From: an uncultured Actinomycetes bacterium
GTDB lineage: Bacteria > Actinomycetota > UBA4738 > HRBIN12
Direction of reading: 5' to 3'
DNA: 64,000 bases
NCBI GenBank assembly: GCA_964447335.1
Contig: CAYUSA010000001.1
Location: 63,091-127,090, forward strand
Both the position numbers and the translations under genes were made by a program. The notes below the pieces were generated by a model. It did not search any database. It saw nothing but the letters and a program-made list of their open reading frames with translations, and had not been told where the DNA came from. This document shows, piece after piece, positions 37,824-48,500 of the stretch. Each line of letters begins with the position of its first letter. Position 1 is the stretch's first letter.

Positions 37824-38958
37824 GAGCGCGTTCGAACCGTGGCCCGCGTGGCCGCGGGGCTTCGCCACCGGCCGGCAGGACCGCGGCGCGGCGCTCGTCC
37901 TGTCCGCGCTCGCCGGGCTCACCCCCCGACGCCTGCTCGCGGCTGCTGTCGAGGCCGGCACGGCCGAGGCCTGCCTGGAGCTCGTGCGCGACGGCCGCCT
38001 CGGGAGCGAGGAGGACCGCCGGCTCACGGGGCTGCTCGAGCCGGAGGACCTCGCGGCGGCGGTGCAGGCCTGCGGTGCGCGGTTCGTCACCTGCGACGAG
38101 CCCGACTACCCCTCGCAGCTCGGGTCGATCCACGACCCGCCGTTCGGGCTGTTCATCCGCGGCGGCGACCTGCCCCGGGAGGTCGCGGCGGTCGCTGTGG
38201 TCGGCGCCAGGCGCTGCACGGAGCTCGGTCGCGAGATCGCCCGCGACATCGGGGGCGGCCTGGCCTGCCTCGGGGTGACGGTGGTGAGTGGCGCGGCGCG
38301 CGGCATCGATGCCGCCGCGCACGAGGGCGCCCTCAGGGCGTCGAGCGGCTCGGGCTCGGGCGTGACGGTCGCGGTGCTCGGCTGCGGGATCGACCAGGCG
38401 TACCCAGCGGGAAGCCGGGACCTCATCCGTCGCATCCTCGAGCGCGGAGCGCTCGTGAGCGAGTACCCACCGGGCGTACCGGCCAGACCGTTCCGCTTCC
38501 CGGCGCGGAACCGGATCGTCGCCGGGCTTTCCCGGGCGACCGTCGTCGTCGAGGGGGCCGACGGTAGCGGCTCGCTCATCACCGGGGAGCACGCGCTCGA
38601 GTTCGGGCGTGAGGTCTACGCGGTGCCAGGCGCCGTGAACAACGCGCTCGCGCAGGTGCCGCTCGCACTCGTCCGCGATGGCGCGACGATGATCCGCGGC
38701 GTTCAGGACCTGCTCGCCGACCTCGGGCTCGATGGCCTCGGGCCGGTGCGTCCCGCGGACCTCACGCTGGCGCAGCACGCGGCGATCGAGGCGCTGGCCG
38801 GCCCCACCCTGCCCGAGCGCGTCGCGCGCGAGGTCGGAATCCCGCTCACCGACGCGCTCACGCTGCTCATGGAGCTCGAGATGCGAGGGCTCGTGCGGGG
38901 CGTCGGCGGGCGGTTCGAGGCGACCCTCGCGGCCCACCCGGCCGGCGGGGGCGGCTGA
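37813..38958 (+). CDS. dprA: DNA processing protein DprA
   Basis: Rossmann-like DprA core (VVSGAARGIDAAAH...VVVEGADGSGSLITGEHALEFGREVYAVPG). Confidence 0.85.
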   Translation: MSGRSAFEPWPAWPRGFATGRQDRGAALVLSALAGLTPRRLLAAAVEAGTAEACLELVRDGRLGSEEDRRLTGLLEPEDLAAAVQACGARFVTCDEPDYPSQLGSIHDPPFGLFIRGGDLPREVAAVAVVGARRCTELGREIARDIGGGLACLGVTVVSGAARGIDAAAHEGALRASSGSGSGVTVAVLGCGIDQAYPAGSRDLIRRILERGALVSEYPPGVPARPFRFPARNRIVAGLSRATVVVEGADGSGSLITGEHALEFGREVYAVPGAVNNALAQVPLALVRDGATMIRGVQDLLADLGLDGLGPVRPADLTLAQHAAIEALAGPTLPERVAREVGIPLTDALTLLMELEMRGLVRGVGGRFEATLAAHPAGGGG

Positions 38959-38959
38959 C

Positions 38960-40417
38960 TCACCCCAGGCGGCGGAGCGCGGGCGGCACGCCCTCGCGCG
39001 CCACGAGGCGCACGGGGACGCCGGCCGCGTCGAGCAGGCTCGCCGCCATCGCCGAGCGATGGCCGCTCGCGCACGTCACGAGGATCTCGCCCCGGCTCGC
39101 GGTGCGCGCGAGCTCCGGGAGCCGGGCGGGCAGGTCGCCGACGAAGCAGTGCCGGCTCCCGGGCAGGTGGCCCTCCTCCCACTCCGTCGCCTCGCGGACA
39201 TCGAGGATGTGCGTGCCGCCGCGCTCGACCTCGGCGAGCAGGTCGGCGACCGTCGCGACGGGGTACGAGGCGAGCACGCGCCCGGAGGCACCCCAGGCGT
39301 CCACGCCGCCGTCGAGGAACCCGAGCAGGTGCTCGAACCCGATGCGGAAGAGCTGGACCTGCGCCTCGGCGCGCTCGGCGGCGTCCTCGGCGACGACGAC
39401 CAGCGGCGCGTCGAACGGCAGGAGCCAGCCGACATAGCTCGCGAAGGAGTCCTCGAGCCGCACGTTGAGCGAACCGGGCACGTGCGCCGCGGCGAAGGCC
39501 TCGCCGCCGCGGCCGTCCACGAGCCGCACGCCCGTCTCGAGCAGCCGAGCGACCTCGTCGGGGCCGAGCGGCGGGGCGGCCGGCGCGCCGCCGAGCACCC
39601 GAGGCCCGGCGCGGTTGATCGGCGCCATGTGCGCGTAGTACGCCGGGAAGGCACCCAGGCTCGCGAGCTGCTCGCGTACGAACGTCGCCTCGTCGGGCGA
39701 GGCGAGCGCTGGATCCGTCCTGCGCTCGCGGCCGATCGTCGAGGTCCGCTCCTCGTCCGGTGAGCCGGTCGCGCAGAAGCTCCCGGCGCCGTGGGTCGGG
39801 AGCAGGAGCGTCGCGTCGGGCATCGAGGCGAGACGCGCCATGGTGCCGTGCTGGGCCCGTGCGAGCTCCTCGGCCAGCTCGTCGCCGAGCAGGTCGGTGC
39901 GTCCGGCGCTCCCCACGATGAGGCTGCCGCCCGAGAACACCGCCACCGGCGCGTCGGCGCCGGGCGAGCGCACCACGTACGAGGTGTGCTCGGGGGTGTG
40001 CCCCGGCGTCGCGAGGGCCACGAGCCGGAGCTCACCGACCTCGAGCTCGTCGCCGTCCTCAACACCGCGGAACGCGAACGCGTAGCCGGCGCGGGCGGGG
40101 CCGACGATCTCGGCGCCGGTCACCGCGCGCACCTCGGCGGCGCCGGAGACGTAGTCGTTGTGGACGTGCGTCTCGAGCACGAACCGCACGCGGGCACCTC
40201 GTGCCTCGGCGGCGGCGAGCATCCGAGCCGCGTCGCGCTGCGGGTCGATGAGCACCGCTTCTCCTGCCGACGCGAGCAGGTAGCTGCTGTCGCCGAGCCC
40301 CGGGGTCACGAACGCCTCGAGGTCGAACCCGGGAACCATCCGCGCATGGTACGCCCCGCCGACCGGGTCCCGAGCCTGCGCGCGGGAGCTTGAACCGGAC
40401 CCGTCCGGTTGGTACAA
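38960..40417 (-). CDS. MBL-fold metallo-hydrolase fused to tandem rhodanese domains (persulfide-dioxygenase/sulfurtransferase-like)
   Basis: MBL motif region THVHNDY...TPGHTPEH, and a rhodanese active-site loop CASGHRS near the C-terminus. The likely start is the internal Met near 40342. Confidence 0.7.
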   Translation of the reverse strand: MYQPDGSGSSSRAQARDPVGGAYHARMVPGFDLEAFVTPGLGDSSYLLASAGEAVLIDPQRDAARMLAAAEARGARVRFVLETHVHNDYVSGAAEVRAVTGAEIVGPARAGYAFAFRGVEDGDELEVGELRLVALATPGHTPEHTSYVVRSPGADAPVAVFSGGSLIVGSAGRTDLLGDELAEELARAQHGTMARLASMPDATLLLPTHGAGSFCATGSPDEERTSTIGRERRTDPALASPDEATFVREQLASLGAFPAYYAHMAPINRAGPRVLGGAPAAPPLGPDEVARLLETGVRLVDGRGGEAFAAAHVPGSLNVRLEDSFASYVGWLLPFDAPLVVVAEDAAERAEAQVQLFRIGFEHLLGFLDGGVDAWGASGRVLASYPVATVADLLAEVERGGTHILDVREATEWEEGHLPGSRHCFVGDLPARLPELARTASRGEILVTCASGHRSAMAASLLDAAGVPVRLVAREGVPPALRRLG

Positions 40418-40446
40418 GGAGGCCGCCCCCCGACACCCCGAGGACG

Positions 40447-41382
40447 ATGCCGGCCCGCGAGGAACTTCCCCGAACGGATGACGAGCGGCTCATCGCCGAG
40501 TTCGCCGACCACCTGGCGTTCGAGCGCCGCCTGTCCGAGCACACGGTCGCGGCGTACCGGCGCGACCTCACGCAGCTCGCGGTGTTCCTCTCGCGGCAGC
40601 GGCGGAGCCTCGTCGCCGCGACGTACCCCGAGCTGCGGCGGTTCCTCGCGCAGCAGGCGACCCTCGGGTACGCGCGCTCCTCGATCGCGCGCCGGGTCGG
40701 GGCCATCCACACCTTCTACCGCTGGGCCACCGGACGGCGTCTCGTCCCTCGTGACCCGGCGGCGCTCCTCGGCCGGCCGAAGGTCGTGAATCGCCTGCCG
40801 ACGGTCCTTCGCGTCCGCGAGGCCGCCGAGCTCGTTGAGGCGCCGACGGCACCCGAGGACGCCGACCCGGCCGGGTCGGCGGTGGCCCTCCGCGACCGGG
40901 CGATCCTCGAGCTCATGTACGGCTCGGGGCTCCGCGTGGCCGAGGTCGCCGGCCTCACCGTCGACCGCGTCGACCTCGCCCGCGGCCGCGTCATGGTGCT
41001 CGGCAAGGGCTCCAAGGAGCGCGAGGTCCCGATGTCCGAGCCGGCGTGCGTGGCCGCGGAGGCGTACCTCGCGCTGGCTCGCGCCGAGATGTCCGAGAAG
41101 GGCTCGGTGGCGATGTTCTTCAACCGAAGGGGAAACCCCATCGGAACACGCGACATCCGCCGCCTTGTGGCACGATACGGAGCGCAGATGCCGTCGGGGC
41201 GGCACGTCACGCCGCACACGCTCCGGCACTCGTTCGCGACGCACCTGCTCGAGGGAGGAGCCGACATCAGGGCCGTCCAGGAGCTGCTCGGCCACGCGAG
41301 CGTGGCGACCACACAGCGGTACACGCACGTCTCGCGCACACGCCTGTTCGAGGCCTACAAGCAGAGCCACCCGAGGGCCTGA
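40447..41382 (+). CDS. xerC: tyrosine recombinase XerC
   Basis: Catalytic residues sit in the R...[12 protein letters not shown]...[13 protein letters not shown] context. The start was chosen at the internal ATG of the ORF-track frame. Confidence 0.85.
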   Translation: MPAREELPRTDDERLIAEFADHLAFERRLSEHTVAAYRRDLTQLAVFLSRQRRSLVAATYPELRRFLAQQATLGYARSSIARRVGAIHTFYRWATGRRLVPRDPAALLGRPKVVNRLPTVLRVREAAELVEAPTAPEDADPAGSAVALRDRAILELMYGSGLRVAEVAGLTVDRVDLARGRVMVLGKGSKEREVPMSEPACVAAEAYLALARAEMSEKGSVAMFFNRRGNPIGTRDIRRLVARYGAQMPSGRHVTPHTLRHSFATHLLEGGADIRAVQELLGHASVATTQRYTHVSRTRLFEAYKQSHPRA

Positions 41383-42281
41383 TGCCACGCGCCGCGAAGA
41401 CGACCGAGCGCAAGCCCGCGGCGAAGGCTGCGCCGAAGGCCAAGGCGAAGCCCGAGGAGCCCGCGAAGGGCCGCAAGACCCTCAAGCCCGCGAAGCCACC
41501 GCTCACGCCCGAGGCCGAAGCCGCCGCCGCGGAGCTCGCCGAGCTGTGGGACGCCTTCAAGAGCACGGCCGACGCCGGGATGCGCGAGCGGCTGATCCTG
41601 CACTACGCGCCGCTCGTGAAGTACGTCGCGAGCCGCGTTGCCACCGGACTGCCGGCGAGCGTCGATCAGGCCGATCTCGTCTCCTACGGGATGTTCGGGC
41701 TGATCGACGCCCTCGAGAAGTTCGAGCCGGCGCGGGGCAACAAGTTCGAGACGTACGCCATCCCTCGTATCAAGGGCGCGATCATCGACGAGCTCCGCGC
41801 GATGGACTGGGTCCCGCGTTCGGTGCGCTTCAAGGCTCGCGAGATCGAGAAGGCGTACGCGGACCTGGAGGCGATGCTGAAGCGCGCGCCTAGCGAGAAG
41901 GAGGTCGCCGGCCGACTCGGCGTCTCGCTCCCCGAGCTCCACGACGTCATCAACCAGATCTCCTTCGTGTCCGTGCTCGCGCTCGACGAGCTGCTCGCGG
42001 TCGGCAGCGACCGCGGCGAGCACGTGTCGCTCATGGACACCCTGGCCGACCGGAGCGTCGATCCGACGACCGGGCTGGAGGGCCAGGAGACGAGGGGACT
42101 CCTCGCCGCCGCGATCAACTCGCTGTCCGAGCGCGAGAAGATCGTCGTCACCCTCTACTACTTCGAGGGCCTCACCCTCGCCGAGATCGGCGACATCCTG
42201 GGCGTGACGGAGTCCCGCGTCTGCCAGATCCACACGAAAGCGGTCGGCCAGCTCCGCCTCCAGCTCGTCGAGGTCGAGTGA
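41382..42281 (+). CDS. FliA/WhiG-family (group 3) RNA polymerase sigma factor with a Lys/Ala/Pro-rich N-terminal tail
   Basis: ATG overlapping the xerC stop. Sigma regions 2, 3 and 4 are present ([11 protein letters not shown], ...[37 protein letters not shown]). Confidence 0.82.
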   Translation: MPRAAKTTERKPAAKAAPKAKAKPEEPAKGRKTLKPAKPPLTPEAEAAAAELAELWDAFKSTADAGMRERLILHYAPLVKYVASRVATGLPASVDQADLVSYGMFGLIDALEKFEPARGNKFETYAIPRIKGAIIDELRAMDWVPRSVRFKAREIEKAYADLEAMLKRAPSEKEVAGRLGVSLPELHDVINQISFVSVLALDELLAVGSDRGEHVSLMDTLADRSVDPTTGLEGQETRGLLAAAINSLSEREKIVVTLYYFEGLTLAEIGDILGVTESRVCQIHTKAVGQLRLQLVEVE

Positions 42282-42303
42282 CGCTCGTCGAGGTCGAGTG
42301 ACA
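42264..42303 (+). repeat. perfect 20-bp tandem duplication (gctcgtcgaggtcgagtgac twice) spanning the stop codon of the sigma gene
   Basis: Direct reading. The second copy repeats the last 17 nt plus the stop. Confidence 0.85.
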
Positions 42304-42313
42304 ACCCGTCGGG

Positions 42314-42329
42314 TGTGACCTTGTTCACA
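42314..42329. promoter_or_regulatory. CRP/FNR-type palindrome TGTGA-N6-TCACA
   Basis: Exact match to the TGTGAnnnnnnTCACA consensus, 53 bp upstream of the M23 peptidase start. Confidence 0.5.
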
Positions 42330-42381
42330 GCGCCCGGGCCTCGTCCGGCGTAGCGTCGACGCGTTCGGCCAAGGAGGTCCG

Positions 42382-42918
42382 GTGCTGCGATCGTGGAGCC
42401 TGGTCCTCCCCCTCGTGCTCGGCCTGGCGGCGCCCGGTCGCGTGTCCGCATCCGTCGGGGCACCGGTGGTGCAAGCGTGGGCGTGGCCGGTCGTCGGTCC
42501 GGTCATCCGCGACTACGACCCGCCCGAGAACCCCTACGGCTCGGGCCACCGTGGGATCGACATCGCGGCCGCTGTGGGGACCACCATCTCGGCGCCCGAG
42601 GCCGGCGAGGTGAGCTTCGCCGGCAAGGTCGGGGGGCAGCTCTTCGTCACGCTGGATCACGGGGGCGGCCTCTCGAGCACGTACTCGTGGCTCTCGGCCA
42701 TCCTGGTCCGCAAGGGCGACGTCGTCCCGCTGGGAGCGCGGATCGGGCTCACGGGTCTCGGACATCCGGGCTCGACGGCTCCCCACCTGCACTTCGGGGT
42801 GAAGCTCGACGGAGCCTACCTGGACCCGCTCGACCTGCTCGGCCCCGCGCCGGTCGCAGGCCTCATCCATCTCGCCCCGGAGCTGGCGGTTCCCGCGCCT
42901 TCGCCCGGCGGAGCCTGA
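42382..42918 (+). CDS. secreted M23-family metallopeptidase
   Basis: Signal peptide, HRGIDIAA, and HLHFGV motifs. Confidence 0.82.
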   Translation: MLRSWSLVLPLVLGLAAPGRVSASVGAPVVQAWAWPVVGPVIRDYDPPENPYGSGHRGIDIAAAVGTTISAPEAGEVSFAGKVGGQLFVTLDHGGGLSSTYSWLSAILVRKGDVVPLGARIGLTGLGHPGSTAPHLHFGVKLDGAYLDPLDLLGPAPVAGLIHLAPELAVPAPSPGGA

Positions 42919-43023
42919 CGCGCCGGGGCGCACCTCGAACCGCTGTTCCCGCGTCTCGACGCGACCCGCGGTCGCCGGTCGAGGTCGCTGCGCCGGCGCT
43001 AGGATGGGCGCCCCCGACCGAGG

Positions 43024-44529
43024 ATGGCCCGCCTGCGCTCTCACCCCGTCCGCCCGATCTGCCGCGCCGCGCTCGCGGCGCTGGTGCTCGCGTGCCTCGG
43101 GGCGTGGCCGGCGCTCGCGCAGGAGGGCGGTGATCTCGAGTGGCCGCAGTTCCAGGGCGGCCCGGGGCATGCCGGCGTGGCCGTACAGGCGCCGGTGCCC
43201 CCGTATCGCGAGCTGTGGCGGTTCACTCCCGCCGACGGTGCGCTCTCCGGGGCGGTCGTCGCTGGAGGCCTGGCGATCTCGGTCGGCATCGACGCGGTCT
43301 ACGCGCTCGACCTGCGGACCGGGGACGTCGCCTGGCAGGTGCCGAGGAACGGCGGGCTCCTCAGCATGCCGGCCGCCGGTCTCGCGGGCGAGCGGCAGGT
43401 GCTCGTCTTCATCGACGGACCCCGGGGCGCCGAGGACGACGCAGACGCCTCGTCCACCCCAAGTGCGAGCCCGACCTCGTCCCCATCGGCGAGCGTCTCG
43501 CCCAGCCCCGGTGCCGAGCCCGCCGGCGCGGCGGTTTCGGAGCTCGTCGCGATCGACCTCGCCGACCACTCGGAGCTGTGGCGCACCCCGCTCGGGGCCG
43601 TGAGCCGGAGCGGCGTCACGATCGACGGCGATCGAGCATTCGTCGCCGACGACGACGGAACGGTGTCGGCGGTGGAGCTCGGGACCGGCGCCGTGGCGTG
43701 GACGGCCGAGGCGGTCGGCCGCGTGGAGTCCCCGCCGGCGGCTGCGGACGGCCAGGTCTACGTCGTCGCGCGCGACGCCGACGGCCAGAAGGCGCAGGTC
43801 CTCGCGCTCGACGAGGCGACCGGCGGGCGCGCGTGGGAGTTCTCCCCGCAGGCCGGCGCGGTCGCCGTCTCCGCCGCCGCCGCGGGCGGCGGAGCCGTGG
43901 AGTTCGGGGCCGCGGACCGCCTGGTGCGCGGCCTGTCCGCCGGGGACGGGGAGGTCCGCTTCACCGCGCTCTCCCTCACGCTCTTCTCGCCGGTGAGCGC
44001 GCCGGCACTCGCCCCGAACGGGGTGTTCATCGCGGACGCCTCCGGCGGCGTCTACCGCATCGACCCGACCGATGGCGCGCGCACGTGGCAGCACCAGCTG
44101 AATGACCTCATCGTGCGGAGCTCGCCGGTGGTGACGGGCTCGTTCGCGCTCGTCGGGCTGAACGACGGGCGGCTGGTCGCGCTCGACGTGGAGACCGGCG
44201 ACCTGGTGTGGGAGAGCGCGGCGACACCGGGACTGATCGGCACGATCGCCCTCGCGCGCGACGTGGTCGTCGCGGTCAAGGGCGGCAAGGAGGCCGGGCT
44301 CATCGCGTTCGAGCACGACCCGGAGGGCACGCTCGTGCGCGTGCCGTCGCCCACCGTGATGGACGCCGGTCGGCTGTTCGGCAACTTCGCCATCGCCTTC
44401 GTCGTCGCCGCGGTCGCCATCTTCGTTCCGTTCCGGCTCCTGCGCGCGCGCCTCGGGCCGGCGTTCTGGCGCGAGCCCGGCGGCGACGACCTCACCGATG
44501 AGGACTCCGACGACGAGGAAGCGCCGTGA
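43024..44529 (+). CDS. secreted PQQ-repeat beta-propeller protein with a C-terminal membrane anchor and acidic tail
   Basis: Signal peptide, repeated D...TG...W motifs (LDLRTGDVAWQ, VELGTGAVAWT, LDEATGGRAWEF, LDVETGDLVWE), then a hydrophobic segment and a D/E tail. Confidence 0.7.
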   Translation: MARLRSHPVRPICRAALAALVLACLGAWPALAQEGGDLEWPQFQGGPGHAGVAVQAPVPPYRELWRFTPADGALSGAVVAGGLAISVGIDAVYALDLRTGDVAWQVPRNGGLLSMPAAGLAGERQVLVFIDGPRGAEDDADASSTPSASPTSSPSASVSPSPGAEPAGAAVSELVAIDLADHSELWRTPLGAVSRSGVTIDGDRAFVADDDGTVSAVELGTGAVAWTAEAVGRVESPPAAADGQVYVVARDADGQKAQVLALDEATGGRAWEFSPQAGAVAVSAAAAGGGAVEFGAADRLVRGLSAGDGEVRFTALSLTLFSPVSAPALAPNGVFIADASGGVYRIDPTDGARTWQHQLNDLIVRSSPVVTGSFALVGLNDGRLVALDVETGDLVWESAATPGLIGTIALARDVVVAVKGGKEAGLIAFEHDPEGTLVRVPSPTVMDAGRLFGNFAIAFVVAAVAIFVPFRLLRARLGPAFWREPGGDDLTDEDSDDEEAP

Positions 44530-45500
44530 CGAGCAAGCGCCGGAAGAAGCCGACGGGCTACCGCTCCGCCCCCGTGATGCCGGCGTCGGCCGCCGCGAGG
44601 GCGGCGAAGGCCTCGAAGACCGCCGAGGCACCGGCTCGGGCCGGGGCCCCCGGCATCCTCGGCTGGCTGTCTCGACCCACGGGGGACTCATCGTGGCCGA
44701 CGATCTGGAAGTCGCTCGGCCGCGGGTTCGCCACGGTCGGCTCCTCGGCCGTCGTGCTCCTCACCGCATCCGTCCTGCTGCTGGTGATGTGGGTGGCCCT
44801 GGTCGCTCTCGGGCTGGCGGGACCGCCCGCGCGCCTGGTGAATCTCCTCGCTCTCCCGCCGATCAGCACCTACTTCGACGCCCTGAACGGGGTGACGATG
44901 TACGGGTTCGGACCCCAGGGGTTCATCTCGGCAACCGCGTTCCTGCTCGTGCGCGCGGTCGTGCTCGCGCTGCTCACCGCGCTCGTCGTGCGCATCTACG
45001 AGGGCGAGGGCACGCTCGGCGAGGCGCTCGCGCGCGGTGTCCGAGCGATCCCCGTCGCGGTCGCGGTCAACCTGCTCACGCTCGCGATGATGGTGGGGGG
45101 CAGCATAGTCCTCCCGCTGCTGGGGGCCGGACTCGGGTTCCTGGCCTCCGTGCTCACGCTGGTGGCGGCGCTGTTCCTGTTCGTCTTCGCGCCGATCCTC
45201 GCGGTGCGGGAGCCCGAGCGACCCTTCTACGACATCGTCCGTCGGGGTGCCCGCGCGGCGATGCTGCCCGGGAGCCGGCACCTGCTCATGAGCATGCTCT
45301 ACATCTTCCTCACGCTGCCGATCCTGGTCGCACTCGCGCCCGGAGGCTCGCTCCTCGGCGTGAACCCGACGGTCGCGATGTGGATCTACGCGCTCGTGTG
45401 CACCTTCGTCCACCTCGCGTTCCTGGCCGCGTTCGCGTTCCGCGTGCTGTCGATCGAGGACGAGATCCCCGATCAGCCGGTGAAGATGCGCCGACGGTAG
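44526..45500 (+). CDS. polytopic membrane protein, function unknown
   Basis: The start overlaps the previous stop. Basic N-terminus, then about six hydrophobic helices. Confidence 0.55.
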   Translation: MTSKRRKKPTGYRSAPVMPASAAARAAKASKTAEAPARAGAPGILGWLSRPTGDSSWPTIWKSLGRGFATVGSSAVVLLTASVLLLVMWVALVALGLAGPPARLVNLLALPPISTYFDALNGVTMYGFGPQGFISATAFLLVRAVVLALLTALVVRIYEGEGTLGEALARGVRAIPVAVAVNLLTLAMMVGGSIVLPLLGAGLGFLASVLTLVAALFLFVFAPILAVREPERPFYDIVRRGARAAMLPGSRHLLMSMLYIFLTLPILVALAPGGSLLGVNPTVAMWIYALVCTFVHLAFLAAFAFRVLSIEDEIPDQPVKMRRR

Positions 45501-45660
45501 GCAGGGCCGCCGTCGCATCGCCGCTGCTAGACTGCCCGCCGCCGGCGTGAGAGCGCCGAGCACACACGCCCGGGGACCGATCCAACCGGGGTCTTGGCCG
45601 CGAGGCCGAGCCGGGGACGGGACGAACCGGGCGGAGGGACAACCGGAAGGAGGAAGCACC

Positions 45661-46563
45661 GTGCCTGTCGTCACCAGGCGGGAGCTCCTCGAGGCAGGCG
45701 TCCACTTCGGGCACCAGACGAGGCGCTGGAACCCGAAGATGGGTCGGTACCTGTACGGGGAACGCTCCGGCATCTACATCATCGACCTCGAGAAGACCCT
45801 CACCGGCCTCGTGGAAGCGCACGCGTTCGCCAGGGACCTCGGCCGCCGCAACGGCATCGTCCTGTTCGTGGGCACGAAGAAGCAAGCGCAAGAGGTCATC
45901 TCGGACAACGCGATCCGCGTCGGCATGCCGTACGTCACGACGCGCTGGCTGGGCGGCATGCTCACGAACTTCCAGACGGTCTCGCGCCGGCTGATCCGCC
46001 TGCGCGAGCTCCGCGAGATGGAGCGCACGGGCGCCTTCGACTACCTGCCGAAGAAGGAGGCGATCCGCCTGCGGCACGAGGCCGACAAGCTCGACCGCAA
46101 CCTCGGCGGGATGCAGGCGCTCGAGCGGCTGCCCGATGCCATCTTCGTGATCGACACGAAGAAGGAGCACATCGCGGTCGGCGAGGCGCGCAAGCTCAAC
46201 ATGCCGGTCATCGCGATCGTGGACACGAACTGCGACCCGGACGAGGTCGACTACGTGATCCCCGGCAACGACGACGCGATCCGCTCGGTGTCGCTCGTGA
46301 CCAGGATCATCGCCGACGCGCTCGCCGAGGGCCGCCAGGAGGGCCGCGAGGCCGTGGTCACCCGGGCAACCGGCCCGGAGATCGAGCCCGAGCCCGAGCC
46401 GGCCGTCGCACCGATCCCGACGCCCGAGCCCGAGCCGGTCGTCGTGACCGCCCCCGAGCCCGAGCCGATCCCGGCCTCGGCCGCCGTCGACCCGACGCCC
46501 GAAGTCGCTCCTGAAGCGACCGTGGTCGAGCCGGCCCCCGACGCTCCGCAGGAAGAGAGCTGA
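45661..46563 (+). CDS. rpsB: 30S ribosomal protein S2 with a Pro/Glu-rich C-terminal extension
   Basis: GTG start after the ribosome-binding site [23 protein letters not shown] motif, then a C-terminal PEPEP-type tail of about 70 aa. Confidence 0.92.
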   Translation: MPVVTRRELLEAGVHFGHQTRRWNPKMGRYLYGERSGIYIIDLEKTLTGLVEAHAFARDLGRRNGIVLFVGTKKQAQEVISDNAIRVGMPYVTTRWLGGMLTNFQTVSRRLIRLRELREMERTGAFDYLPKKEAIRLRHEADKLDRNLGGMQALERLPDAIFVIDTKKEHIAVGEARKLNMPVIAIVDTNCDPDEVDYVIPGNDDAIRSVSLVTRIIADALAEGRQEGREAVVTRATGPEIEPEPEPAVAPIPTPEPEPVVVTAPEPEPIPASAAVDPTPEVAPEATVVEPAPDAPQEES

Positions 46564-46569
46564 CGTTCC

Positions 46570-47178
46570 ATGGCCGAGATCAGCGCAGGGCAGGTCAAGG
46601 AACTTCGGGAGATGTCCGGGGTCGGGATGATGGACTGCAAGAAGGCCCTGCAGGACGCCGAGGGCGACATGGACAAGGCCTTCGAGCTCCTGCGACTGAA
46701 GGGCATCGCCTCGGCCGCCAAGCGCGCCGATCGCGCGGCCAACCAGGGCCTCATCGACTCCTACATCCACTTCAACAACACGGTCGGCGTGCTCGTCGAG
46801 GTGAACTGCGAGACGGACTTCGTCGCGAACACGCCCGAGTACCGCCAGCTCGTGAAGGACATCGCGCTGCACATCGCGAGCCCGTCGGCCCCGCGGTACG
46901 TCACGCGCGAGGAGATCCCCGCCGACGTCGTCGAGGGCGAGCGCCGCGTCTACGAGGCGCAGGCCAAGGAGATGGGCAAGCCGGACAACGTCGTCCCCAA
47001 CATCGTCGAGGGCAAGATGAAGGCCTTCTACGAGCAGACGGTCCTGCTGGACCAGAAGTATGTGAAGGACGACGAGAAGACGATCCAGCAGCTCCTCGAC
47101 GAGATGGCCGCCAAGGTCGGCGAGAAGGTTGCCGTCCGTCGGTTCGCCCGGTACAAGCTGGGCGAGGAAGTGGGCTAG
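46570..47178 (+). CDS. tsf: elongation factor Ts
   Basis: [19 protein letters not shown] motif. Confidence 0.92.
   Translation: MAEISAGQVKELREMSGVGMMDCKKALQDAEGDMDKAFELLRLKGIASAAKRADRAANQGLIDSYIHFNNTVGVLVEVNCETDFVANTPEYRQLVKDIALHIASPSAPRYVTREEIPADVVEGERRVYEAQAKEMGKPDNVVPNIVEGKMKAFYEQTVLLDQKYVKDDEKTIQQLLDEMAAKVGEKVAVRRFARYKLGEEVG

Positions 47179-48500
<1,322 letters not shown>

Noticed and set aside
34572-38278. 1172-aa minus-strand ORF and 885-aa + strand ORF across pit, yifB and dprA
   Set aside because: Out-of-frame or antisense to conserved genes, and extremely Arg/Ala/Pro-rich.
42325-44691. 788-aa minus-strand ORF antisense to the M23 peptidase and PQQ-repeat genes
   Set aside because: The + strand genes have signal peptides and recognisable motifs. 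The antisense frame is a composition artefact.
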